This document shows, in pieces, positions 51,690 through 61,562 of a stretch of 64,000 bases of DNA. The first letter of the stretch is position 1. Every line of letters starts with the position of its first letter. A program made the translations under genes and the position numbers. The notes beneath the pieces were generated by a model. That model saw nothing but the letters and a program-made list of their open reading frames with translations, searched no databases and was not told the DNA's origin. Source of the DNA: Rhynchopus sp. YZ270_cl-10 (Eukaryota); the NCBI GenBank assembly GCA_964035575.1, contig OZ037841.1, positions 1,488,001 through 1,552,000 of the forward strand, in the 5' to 3' direction.

Positions 51690-54452
51690 ATGCGAGGGGT
51701 TTCACTCCGTTTGGTTGTCACCATTTTGTTGATTGTTGTTGCGGGTGGGATGGTGGCGGTTATTGTGGTAGGAGGGAAGAACGCTGTGGATGGGGTAGCC
51801 GATGTGTGCAAGAACTTGCGGATTAAGGTGTCGGATGGCGTTACTGCCGAGGTCGTCCAGATTATGAGAATTCCATTTACAGGGATGGACAGGGCTGTGG
51901 CTTATCATGACACCGGGGCAATCAATTTGGAACGCTGGGATGCGCGCGATCACTACATCCAGAACAGCTCCCAGCATGCCACCTACTATTACCGCCTTAT
52001 CTCGCAAATGAAGGGCTGGGGGAACAACATCTACACCGCCAATGCATATGGCAACGTTCTCGTCTGGTACACCTCAGGCATGATTGGGAGCACCCCACCC
52101 CTCGACCAAATCATCGAAGGCAACCCCACCTGGACAATCCCATGCCGGTACCAATCAAACTGCACAGACCCTTCCAACTCCATGAACCATCAGTACTGTG
52201 TTGATCAGACAAATCCGTTTGCGGGTGAAATACCTCCTTGGGCTCGCGGAGAAGGAGAACAAAAGAACTTAAGTGCATACTACGCAAAGGCGGACCCCGA
52301 ATGGGCGACCTGGGCAGTACCACAGCACGCTACTTCCGCCTCTCCTACACACTGTCGTGCGAATGCTCAATCTGCCAAGCCGATGTGCCCTGACGGGGTC
52401 GGCTGCCCAGAAGCGAACTTCACCTATTTCGACTACAACGGCAGCACCGAGCCCACCCCGCTGCGGGGCTTCCAACACTTCGACTCCCGCATGCGGTGGT
52501 GGTACCAGGACACCAAACTGCTTCCCCCCAAAACGAAGTACTACAACGCGGTGAAGCTCTGCGTGACCACCCGCACCCCCTGCCTCACTGCGACAATGCC
52601 TCTCCACGTTGAAGTCCCCTCCATCGGCGCAGTTGTTCGGACAAACACAGGACACTTAGGGACGGTCCTTCGCTATGTACACACCCTCAAAGAAATGCAC
52701 ACCCCCGTCCTATCCATGCCGGGGGGAACGGAAGAGGTCTGGGGACGCAAAGCACTCACCCTAGCCTGCAATAGCAGTGATGAATGCGCGCCGTTGAACA
52801 TCCCTTTTGCCCCGCAGACGACAACGCAGAAGTTTTGGGGTGTCGTCGCTTCGGACTACTATTCACGCACCTTAGCAGACATAGGTGCCTCCTTTAAGGT
52901 ATCAAAGACGGGCGGTGTTTTTATTGGCGATTATACATCTCAGGCTTTGCTTTTGACGTCAGGCTTTCCGTGCCCCGAGGTGAAGTTTGATGATAATTGC
53001 TTTATTCGTACAGTTGAAGGGAAGACAGAGAGGGTGAGTGCGTTTGACCCTTATGCAGGGGAGATTGTATCGGGGGTGATGACAGAATTGTTTAATCCTG
53101 TGGTGGTGGACGGTGTGCTGCAGTCTCAAGAGCATGTGGGGGTGGTGGAGGATTTGGATGAAGCAGTGTCGTTTGGGGGGTCAGAGTATTGGGTGCGTTT
53201 TGTGCCGTTGTCGCCAAGGATGGGTGATATCACGAATTTGAATTGGTTTGTGTGTGTGGTGATCCCGCAGGATGATTATTTAGCGGACATCAAACGGAGT
53301 CAGATGGTGACCTTGGCTGTCTCGCTGTGTCTTGTGGCTGTGGTGCTTGCAACGCTTCTGGTGCTTACCATTGTCTTTGTGGTGCGTCCAGTCATGTTGT
53401 TGTTGTCCGATTTTGATAAAGCGTCGGTCATGGAGCTTGATAGTATTGAAGAGCGAAGCGGCGGTGTCGTCAGCGAATTCGCCTCACTGCAGCAAACATT
53501 CAACACTGTGGTCAAAAACCTTCGTCTCTACCGTCCCTTCCTCCCCCTCAGCTGTTTCGGGATATCCGAAGACGTTCCCGTAGGGACGGACGCGACGCCC
53601 AGCCAGACCGACTCCGAAATAGTCGGCAGCGATGTGAGCACCGGAAGCTCTCGGGTGTCCTCCGTTGCGTCGCAAGCGAGAAAGCATGTTCTTGCGAGTC
53701 AGGTGGCAGCGCATCTGAAACGCAACAAGGTGACAGTGGTGTCGGCTTCGATCGAAGGCTTTACGACGTTGGCGATGAAGACTTCTAGTGGCCTGCGTGG
53801 CCTGCATGCGGAGCTGTTGACTCAAATGCTGCATGCAACGGGAAGGCGGTGCATGGCAGAACCGTTTACAGGCGACAGAATGCGGTTCACATGGAACGCT
53901 CTGGTGCCATGCAGGGACAGCCTTGCACCATTCGCCGCCGCATGCCACCTGGCACAACTCAACATCGATGCTGCCCACCCCATGCACGTTGGTGTCGCAA
54001 AGGGTGACGCCGTCTGCGGCACAATGGGCACCGACACCATGAAAAACTTCTGCGTGATGGGCCCCTGCCACACCAGAAGCCTGCTCCTCATGTCCTTCGT
54101 GCGACACTACAAAACGGGGCGCAAGGTCCTCATCGACGGTGCCTCGGCGTCCAGCCTGATGGGATCTGGATTTGACATGGCCTTTATTGATGTGATCCGG
54201 TTGGGTGTGCATGAGGCAGGAAAGGATCCGCGCACATTGCTCTGGTCGCTTGAGCAGCGTGCGGCGGATGACGAGGAGTGGATGTACGCGATGAGGGAGA
54301 ACCCTGCAGCGGAGGAGTGGCTGCTGTTCCTCTCCGGGGGTGAGAAGGACACGTGGGAGACCGAGCGTATCAAGGGCTTGGTTGCGACAGGCGTCAAAGG
54401 GGCGGACCACGTCGGCACGACACCGAGTGCAGAGGTGCTTCTGTCGCTGTAG
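51690..54452 (+). CDS. Receptor-type class III nucleotidyl cyclase-like protein (TM-dCache-TM-HAMP-like-cyclase), catalytically degenerate
   Basis: Two TM helices. Cache motifs FDSRMRWWY and GVVASDY. EFASLQQTF..LRLYRPFLP linker. Cyclase motifs VTVVSASIEGF, FTGD, HVGVAKG..CGTMG. Confidence 0.85.
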   Translation: MRGVSLRLVVTILLIVVAGGMVAVIVVGGKNAVDGVADVCKNLRIKVSDGVTAEVVQIMRIPFTGMDRAVAYHDTGAINLERWDARDHYIQNSSQHATYYYRLISQMKGWGNNIYTANAYGNVLVWYTSGMIGSTPPLDQIIEGNPTWTIPCRYQSNCTDPSNSMNHQYCVDQTNPFAGEIPPWARGEGEQKNLSAYYAKADPEWATWAVPQHATSASPTHCRANAQSAKPMCPDGVGCPEANFTYFDYNGSTEPTPLRGFQHFDSRMRWWYQDTKLLPPKTKYYNAVKLCVTTRTPCLTATMPLHVEVPSIGAVVRTNTGHLGTVLRYVHTLKEMHTPVLSMPGGTEEVWGRKALTLACNSSDECAPLNIPFAPQTTTQKFWGVVASDYYSRTLADIGASFKVSKTGGVFIGDYTSQALLLTSGFPCPEVKFDDNCFIRTVEGKTERVSAFDPYAGEIVSGVMTELFNPVVVDGVLQSQEHVGVVEDLDEAVSFGGSEYWVRFVPLSPRMGDITNLNWFVCVVIPQDDYLADIKRSQMVTLAVSLCLVAVVLATLLVLTIVFVVRPVMLLLSDFDKASVMELDSIEERSGGVVSEFASLQQTFNTVVKNLRLYRPFLPLSCFGISEDVPVGTDATPSQTDSEIVGSDVSTGSSRVSSVASQARKHVLASQVAAHLKRNKVTVVSASIEGFTTLAMKTSSGLRGLHAELLTQMLHATGRRCMAEPFTGDRMRFTWNALVPCRDSLAPFAAACHLAQLNIDAAHPMHVGVAKGDAVCGTMGTDTMKNFCVMGPCHTRSLLLMSFVRHYKTGRKVLIDGASASSLMGSGFDMAFIDVIRLGVHEAGKDPRTLLWSLEQRAADDEEWMYAMRENPAAEEWLLFLSGGEKDTWETERIKGLVATGVKGADHVGTTPSAEVLLSL

Positions 54453-55565
54453 TCATGTTGATACCAGGGTATTATCGTTAGCACCCCGCTAGCGGCAAAG
54501 TGCGAAGTGGCCAAAGGAGCAACAGAGATGTTTGCAGTTTTTTTAAGTGACTTCATGAGATTGGTCGTCATCCCAAGCTTTCTTAATTAACGTGCTTTCA
54601 TTCTTCCAGTCAGTGTCTGCATCATGACTATGCTCTTTTTTTTTATGGGTAGTAAACGTTGCTGGTGGAAAACTCCATCTTTCGATTGAAAATAATATCT
54701 TAATCATTTATGGGTAGTAAACGTGACTAAAGTGTGAGGGATCAGGGCCATCTTATACACTTTGCTTTGATGTGTCTAATCTGTGTGCACGTTATCACCT
54801 TCACCCATATGCGTTGTGTGTCGCCCTTTCCAAGGTGTAGAGTGCACAATGAACCATTTCCTTCGTTCAATTTTTTTTTTTCCCTTTTGAAAATGCTATC
54901 CCACAAACCGAACCTTGTCGCCATTGGTGGCTAAAGTCGCAGACAGTGGGTCTTCTTACTTTTCCTTTTGTCCTCTTTTAAGCGATCGACAACAAAAAGA
55001 CAGGGCTTTTAGTATTGTGATATTTGGGTTCATTTAAAAAAAAATAGTGGAGCACACTCTAGGGCTACACTAATACAACCAAGTTTTCAAAAAAACTTCT
55101 TTGCACACCAAATTCACTTTTTTCCGCGTTGATTAACCCGACCGTCATCCGTTATCCGACCGTCAACTTTATACTTATTGTATTTTTTTTCCAGTGCCTG
55201 CGTCCCAGAGGCGTTTGCACCTATCAACTTCACTTTTTTTTTTTTTGCCCCATTTTATGACTGTGATTTTACTACTGTTTTCCCCTCTTTATTTGGTCTG
55301 CGAGAGAGGCACATTGCATCATTTCAAATTCTTCTTCTTTCTTCCCTTTCCAGCTTTTTTTTTTTCTGTATTTTTCTTTTCCCTTCGCTCCAGTCTTTTT
55401 TGTTCAGAATGTGTGCACATTACTTAAGGCGACTAAACGCGAGGTGACCAAGCACAACAAGGCTTAGGGTCATGTCAACTTTTCTCTCTTCAGTCGACTA
55501 AACACAAGAGTACTATTACAGAATGATAAGAAGAGCTCCTTTATTTTAAAACTTCACTGTTTATT

Positions 55566-55673
55566 CCACCTGATTTTTACCCCATGTATAGGCGCGTAAA
55601 GGCTGGGGAAAATGGGTGGGGTTTGGCCCATACGGGCCTTTACGCGCCTGTACGCGGGGTAAAAATCAGGTGG
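55566..55673. mobile_element. Hairpin mini-MITE (108 bp)
   Basis: Inverted arms CCACCTGATTTTTACCCC..AGGCGCGTAAAGGC and GCCTTTACGCGCCT..GGGGTAAAAATCAGGTGG. TTATT on both flanks (55561-55565, 55674-55678). Confidence 0.8.
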
Positions 55674-56484
55674 TTATTTGCGATCTTTTTAAAAGAAATA
55701 AAACCCAACGTTGAATCTCCCACGCAAAGCGCTTTATTTTATACAATACTTTAGTATAATAAGGCCCGCAAAACCCTTTGTTCCCCCACGCCCTGTACTT
55801 TTGCGAGTTTGTCTATATTTTCCGAGTCCTGCAAATGTACGGCTGCTGTGTATCAATAAGTGCCACGCGGTCGTCATTTGTTCGGGGTTTCTTTCATTTT
55901 AAATATCATATGCAGATCTTGGTTGGGTGGCCAAATCGTTGTCAAAATTGTTTAAATGACAATATGTGATCTCCCGCCATTCCCTGCCTCACATATATTT
56001 TTTTTTTCCCATTTTTCCGAGTTTACTTTCGTTCCCTTTTCCAACGTGACACCTGATTTGGTGGAGTTTGGTGGTGAAATTTGCTCGTTTTATTTATTTT
56101 TCTCTTTTTGCCTCCTGAAAAACGGGAGGTGTAAGAGTTAATAAACATGAAAACCCCCAATGCCATCCAAATAGGCAAACTTCCACACCAGCTGTGATAA
56201 TTTTCACGGATTGTTACAAATGTAAACTTTTCTGATAAATTGTTGGAGTAGTGTAGTTGCCTCGGTTGTGTTGCCACAGTTGTGCAATCTCCACTGTTTC
56301 TTCCCTTTCAGAAAATACGAAAAAATCTGTGCATTTTACGAGTACACACGTTTCTGACGCTTATATTTAAAAAAAACTTTTTTCCAGTTGTGTGCACGTT
56401 CAGGAAGGCAACTTCCTATTAAGCCCGCCGACTCCATGTTCTTGGAGCTTCCAGGACCGTACATGCACCGTTCCCTAAAAGGAA

Positions 56485-57482
56485 CATACAATGCAACGAG
56501 GCCGAGTCGGCCTCGCCAAGGCCTGAAAATAAATACTCAGGCGTGCCTGAGGCGTACTCGGGATTAGTTACGTTTAAGTACGCCTCAGGCACGCCTGAGT
56601 ATATTTATATTTCTTACCAGCATTTGGGTCATGAACAAAAAAGTATTTACCCCCAAATTTTGTGGTTTTCGATTCAGAGGTAGCAAAATCTTTCAAATGC
56701 GGGGTCGCACGATGAAAAATGTGCCTGTGGGCCGAGCGAGTCGAAAAAATGAAAAGGGTTCGCTAAGCTTTGGTGCTGATGATATATATTTTGGTGGTAC
56801 CTTCGGGTACTTCATTGATTCAAGAATCATTGGAAACAAATCTCGGGGGTGCTTTTCGACTGGGTCCCTTCCCTCTAACACTAGAGAGATCCCATCGAGA
56901 TCCCAGAATTTTACACAGGCCTCCTTGATCCACAGACCACAGCTCTATTTTAAGTACAACTATGGGGTGACCAAAGAAATTTTTTACACATACCCGAGGT
57001 ATGACTCATTTTCTGCGAAGCCTCTTTTTAGGAGGCAGTTTACTGTAAGCAGTGAACATGATATTTTTCGACAGCGGACACCGAAAGTTCATTTCAGCAC
57101 ATTTCAGGGGGCGGAGGAAATACATGGCATGCCTTAGAAACATGATGACCTGTGCATAATAATTTTATATATCAGCAGAAATATGAAACCGGGTATACTT
57201 TCCCCTGATTTTTGGTACACACTTAAAGTCACGCATATTTTGCTAAAAAAATTGTCCGACCCCGGATTTTTTTCAGATCGCTCCGGAAATGGATCAGAGG
57301 CCCTTTTTGCGGGGAAAAAATACACACCAGGTGCCTGAAACGCAAGTATGCGTTGATATATACTCAGGCGTGCCTGAGGCGTACTTAAACGTAACTAATC
57401 CCGAGTACGCCTCAGGCACGCCTCAGATATATTTTCCAGATATGAGTATTTTCAGGCGTACCCGGCCTCGTTGCATTGTATG
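56485..57482. mobile_element. 998-bp TIR element with nested palindromic subterminal modules
   Basis: Perfect 20-bp TIR CATACAATGCAACGAGGCCG. AAGGAA duplicated at 56479-56484 and 57483-57488. A 68-bp palindromic module at 56534-56601 is repeated, inverted, at 57361-57428. Confidence 0.9.
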
Positions 57483-58328
57483 AAGGAATGGTAAAAAAGT
57501 TTTCAAAACACAACCAACCCCAATCGTTAGGATTTCTACTACTTGAACACAATAAACACCTGAACAAAAAACAAAATCGTGAAAAAAGACGAAAGTGATC
57601 GTTTTTTTAAGCCTCTGTAAATTGGTTTCACGAAATACCAAAAAGGCCTCTGGATAAGAGCATGTCTTTCATGCGAAAACCATGTTGCATTTCTTTATTA
57701 TTTTCCTCTCGACCCATTTCCCTTTCCATGATCTCAAATTGTAATTGGGGTTTACTCCGGAGTCGGCAGGACTCCGGAGAACTACCATCTATGGTATACC
57801 TAATTGTTCGCCACAGTTCACTTTATTTTGCTTTGTGAATGCGAAAAATTTCCCACTAAAGCGAAATGTGAATGAACTATTGCTATTAGGTTTCACATTG
57901 GACCCTGTGACGATGTCCCAGTGCTATCGGTTGAGTGGCCAGGGCAGCGTCGTACGAATCAGCAACAACGTATGAATGTCGAGTACATATTGTTTCTGGG
58001 TTTGCTAGCTAGACATACGATGATGGGTGTAGCCCGAGGCTGTACACTGGTTACGCCCGATATTTGTGTCCAGCGAGAACAGTGAATCAGAGATTAGAGT
58101 TATTATTTACCCCCCCGTGGTTCACAGTATTGACGCCTCTGTGAACTGAAATCATTTGAGACAAATAATGAGAACTGGTCCTTTTTTTTCCTCCACAACC
58201 ATCTGAGGTTTTACCGCCTCAAAACAAAATCACACAATACACTGCTCTCCATCCCACCCATTATTGCCTATTGTCATTGCTCTCTCTTTCTCTCTCTCTC
58301 CAAACCTACTAGTTTTCTTTGTGGTGAG

Positions 58329-61300
58329 GTGAGGCAGCCGGTGCAGAAAACGATCGCAGCCCCGACGACGAAATACTCGACAGGTGCAGCACCCCCTCGA
58401 CAGGTGGAGCTGGCCCGCCTGGCGAATATGTCTCTGGAGCTCCAGATTCAACTAAAGAGACTGGCGAATGGGGGGTTCACCGTGATGGAGCACAAGACCT
58501 ACTGCCTGTGGGCATCGACACTCCGGAAATGCAAGGAACTGCGTGTGCGTGACCTGTCTGTGGACGAACTTCCCCTGGGCATAGCAGAGCAGCTGACGCT
58601 AGCAGCGGACCTCCACACTTCCTCTGCGACACTGGCGAGTGACCTGGGCAGGGACAATCGAGTCTACAGGGAAAAGCAACTGAAGCTGAAGGCGGTGCAC
58701 AACTTCGACGTGGACCGGAAGAAGCTCACGGCCTTCTGCAGGGGTACCCTGCCGGACGATCTGCTGGCTGTGGCTAGAAGAGACGGGACCCTGACGGCCA
58801 ACGCACAAGAGATGGATGCCATCCTCCAGGAAGAGTGGAAATCTGTATTCCAGCTCTACCGCGAGTGCCCTGAACCGGAGTATGACGACTTTGATGCTGT
58901 GTTTGGGAAACATGTAGCGAAGCACAACATGGATTTGCTCCCTCTCACTGGGGAGGACCTGGACCGCGTTCTGCAGAGTAAGAAGAAGTCAGGCGCATGT
59001 GGTGTCGATGGGTGGCGCATGGGTGAGCTGAAGCGCCTTCCTGTGGTCCTGCTGAATGCGTTTGCCACAACGTTCAACGAGATCGAAGAATCCGGCACGT
59101 GGCCTGAAGCGTTGCTAACTGCGATCGTGACTCTCACTCCAAAGGGAGAGGGAAAGGACCCGCTGGACCACCGCCCGATCACCGTGACGAGCAGTGTCTA
59201 CAGACTCTGGGCGTCAGCACGAGTACGTAGTATCCAGAAGTGGCAAGAAACCTGGGTTCACAAGGACCAACACGGCTTCCGCCCTCGCCACGGGGCTCAC
59301 AACGTCCTGTTCGACATCTGCACGCAGCTGGAAGACGCACTGTCTGGCGGAGAACCGCTGTACGGCCTGGCACTTGACTTTGCTAAGTGCTTTGACCGTG
59401 TCCCCCAGAAGCTTACCCTCGAGCTCGCAGCACGACTAGGGCTACACCCCCGCATTCTGCAGCCGCTCCGCACCATGTACGAGCAACTTCAACGTAGGTT
59501 CCAGCTTCCACTTGGCGTGGGTACCCCGTTCAGAGTGACGAACGGCATCCTCCAAGGATGCCCCATCAGCGTCGTCTTGATTAATGCGCTCGTCGCAGTG
59601 CTGCTGAAGGACCTGGACAGCTGCAAGAACACCTGCTCACGTGCGTACGCGGACGACATCACCCTCCTGTCACGGAAGTCGATGAACAGCTTAGAGCCAT
59701 GCCTGCGCATTGTGGAGAGGTTTTGTGCCATCACCGGAATGAAACTTAACGACACCAAAACCGTTGCATTTGGATCACGTGAGAGCTTCACCAGCACTCT
59801 TGTCTCGAACACAGGTCACAGGTACAAAACACTGGTGAAGGTCAAGATCCTAGGGGTCTACCTCTACTGCTCGAAGCACTCTCGACGCTCCTCTCCGGAA
59901 CGAGTCCGCAAGGCCATTGCAGCCCTGCAACGCCTACGATGTATGCCGCTGGCTTTCTACCACAAGTATAGAATTGTGTCAGAATGCATCCTCCCGGGTG
60001 CGCTGTATGAGGTCCCGTACGCTCTGCCCTCGCAGTCTAGCTTGAAGGAACTCTCCACCGCCGTCAACACCTGCCTCTGGGGCAGTGACTATGGGACACG
60101 CGCAGGCCTCGCAATACGCACCGTTTTATTGAAGAGCCACCGCACTGACCCGGCTGCCATCATCTGCAACCGGTCCATGAACGTCGTGCTTGACCACATA
60201 GCATTTGACGCAACACTGAGAGAACGATGCCTGTCGATACACAAGAGGTACAACGCAGGAGGAGGCTGGGACTTCCGCCCCCACGGGCCGGTCGGCAACA
60301 TGACCTCCACTAGCATACTGACAGGCGTGAGATGGTGTGACGACCTAACAACCGTTACGGAGCTCTCGAGTGCCCCCGTGGAAGAAGAGAAGACACACGC
60401 CCTAGGTCTTCTCGCGCCAGGTGAACGACACCACGCCATTCGCGAAATCGTCCGACGACAGAAGTTCACAGATCTTGCCTTGGACAGACCGACTTACGAC
60501 GGCGCTCAATACGGTGTCAACCTCGCCGACACCACGTACCTGCACGACCAACTGCAGTGGTCCCACCCCCTGCTAGCTTACCGCCTCCGACGTATCATCT
60601 GCGATGGGATACTCTACGCGCACCCTACGGTGCTGTGCCTATACGAGTCAACAAAGAGAGGTGGCATACACCTCGAAGTGAATCAGTGCCCCTTATGCCT
60701 CACACCAACCTCCGGGCTGGCGAAGCACCTGCTGTGGACTTGCCCGCACACTGTGTCTGCTAACGTGAAGGAAGCGCACCGCCCTCTCCTCGACAGGATC
60801 GGCCCGAACACCCCGAGTTGCCTGGCTATGCATGGCATAGCTCCCACGAACACGCCCAAGCACGTAGTAACCGACATGCAGAGATACCTGCTGGACGTCA
60901 CCACCGCAGTAGATGATCACCTGTCCTCGCGGACGACCACAGCGCCTGCACGCCACCCATGGCGTATGGACTTTGAAGTGTTCGATGCGCCCCCATACCA
61001 GGAGGCCATCTACCGGCAGCTCGCCCCTTTCTTTGGGAAGGACGATGATCCGAGATGCAAGCAGAAGCGCCGCGAACTGAAGCAAATGCTCCTATGGGCC
61101 TCCTCCCTGAAATGGAGCACCGCCAACCTGCCTGTGACATGCGTGGAACTTGCCATTGACCTGGAAATTTTCCACAGGATCTACGTTCTCCGGCCAACCT
61201 CTAACATTAGAGAACGGGCCGCCGCCTTGCGCACATTGCTCAACAAGCTTCACCGCCTGTGCAAAGCCCTTGGGATTCAAAACCCATTTCCTGCATCTGC

Positions 61301-61508
61301 CATCTCCTCCTCACGGGGCCTCCGGTCCATTGGCGCACCCGGACTTATTGGCTACGACCGTCGCCCAGTTTTTACGTACCCGCGCTACACTATGCACATG
61401 CTCGAACACGTCATCGTACGTGCCAAAATTACGAACTCCGGCTGGGGAAATGACATCATCCCTGACAACAAACTTGTAGAAGCCAGCGCAGCTGAAGCTG
61501 TGCGATAA
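58329..61508 (+). CDS. Non-LTR retrotransposon ORF (reverse transcriptase plus C-terminal CCHC finger), 5'-truncated
   Basis: GVDGW, RPITV, QHGFRP, LDFAKCFD, GILQGCPIS, YADD, GMKLN..KT, KILG; CPLC..HLLWTC. No endonuclease domain visible. Confidence 0.92.
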   Translation: MRQPVQKTIAAPTTKYSTGAAPPRQVELARLANMSLELQIQLKRLANGGFTVMEHKTYCLWASTLRKCKELRVRDLSVDELPLGIAEQLTLAADLHTSSATLASDLGRDNRVYREKQLKLKAVHNFDVDRKKLTAFCRGTLPDDLLAVARRDGTLTANAQEMDAILQEEWKSVFQLYRECPEPEYDDFDAVFGKHVAKHNMDLLPLTGEDLDRVLQSKKKSGACGVDGWRMGELKRLPVVLLNAFATTFNEIEESGTWPEALLTAIVTLTPKGEGKDPLDHRPITVTSSVYRLWASARVRSIQKWQETWVHKDQHGFRPRHGAHNVLFDICTQLEDALSGGEPLYGLALDFAKCFDRVPQKLTLELAARLGLHPRILQPLRTMYEQLQRRFQLPLGVGTPFRVTNGILQGCPISVVLINALVAVLLKDLDSCKNTCSRAYADDITLLSRKSMNSLEPCLRIVERFCAITGMKLNDTKTVAFGSRESFTSTLVSNTGHRYKTLVKVKILGVYLYCSKHSRRSSPERVRKAIAALQRLRCMPLAFYHKYRIVSECILPGALYEVPYALPSQSSLKELSTAVNTCLWGSDYGTRAGLAIRTVLLKSHRTDPAAIICNRSMNVVLDHIAFDATLRERCLSIHKRYNAGGGWDFRPHGPVGNMTSTSILTGVRWCDDLTTVTELSSAPVEEEKTHALGLLAPGERHHAIREIVRRQKFTDLALDRPTYDGAQYGVNLADTTYLHDQLQWSHPLLAYRLRRIICDGILYAHPTVLCLYESTKRGGIHLEVNQCPLCLTPTSGLAKHLLWTCPHTVSANVKEAHRPLLDRIGPNTPSCLAMHGIAPTNTPKHVVTDMQRYLLDVTTAVDDHLSSRTTTAPARHPWRMDFEVFDAPPYQEAIYRQLAPFFGKDDDPRCKQKRRELKQMLLWASSLKWSTANLPVTCVELAIDLEIFHRIYVLRPTSNIRERAAALRTLLNKLHRLCKALGIQNPFPASAISSSRGLRSIGAPGLIGYDRRPVFTYPRYTMHMLEHVIVRAKITNSGWGNDIIPDNKLVEASAAEAVR

Positions 61509-61516
61509 CGAATATG

Positions 61517-61562
61517 ATAAGGTGACTGAGCACGAGAGGCTTAGGATCATCTTATAAACTTT
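61517..61562 (+). repeat. Stem-loop repeat family A (LINE 3' tail); reference copy
   Basis: Other copies at about 9213, 9572, 11958, 28789, 46670, 46869, 50020, 50638, 51219, 54723, 55441 and 61578, all on the + strand. Confidence 0.85.

Larger units (their letters stand above)
58329..61562 (+). mobile_element. LINE-type element ending in a 3' stem-loop and T-rich tail
   Basis: Abrupt GC rise at about 58327. After the stop comes ATAAGGTGACTGAGC-ACGAGAG-GCTTAGGATCATCTTAT, then AAACTTTTCTTTCTTTT. Confidence 0.85.

Noticed and set aside
54642..54724. 18-bp direct repeat TTTATGGGTAGTAAACGT with a 47-nt spacer, CRISPR-like
   Set aside because: Only two copies, eukaryotic context, no cas genes; more likely a local duplication or TSD.
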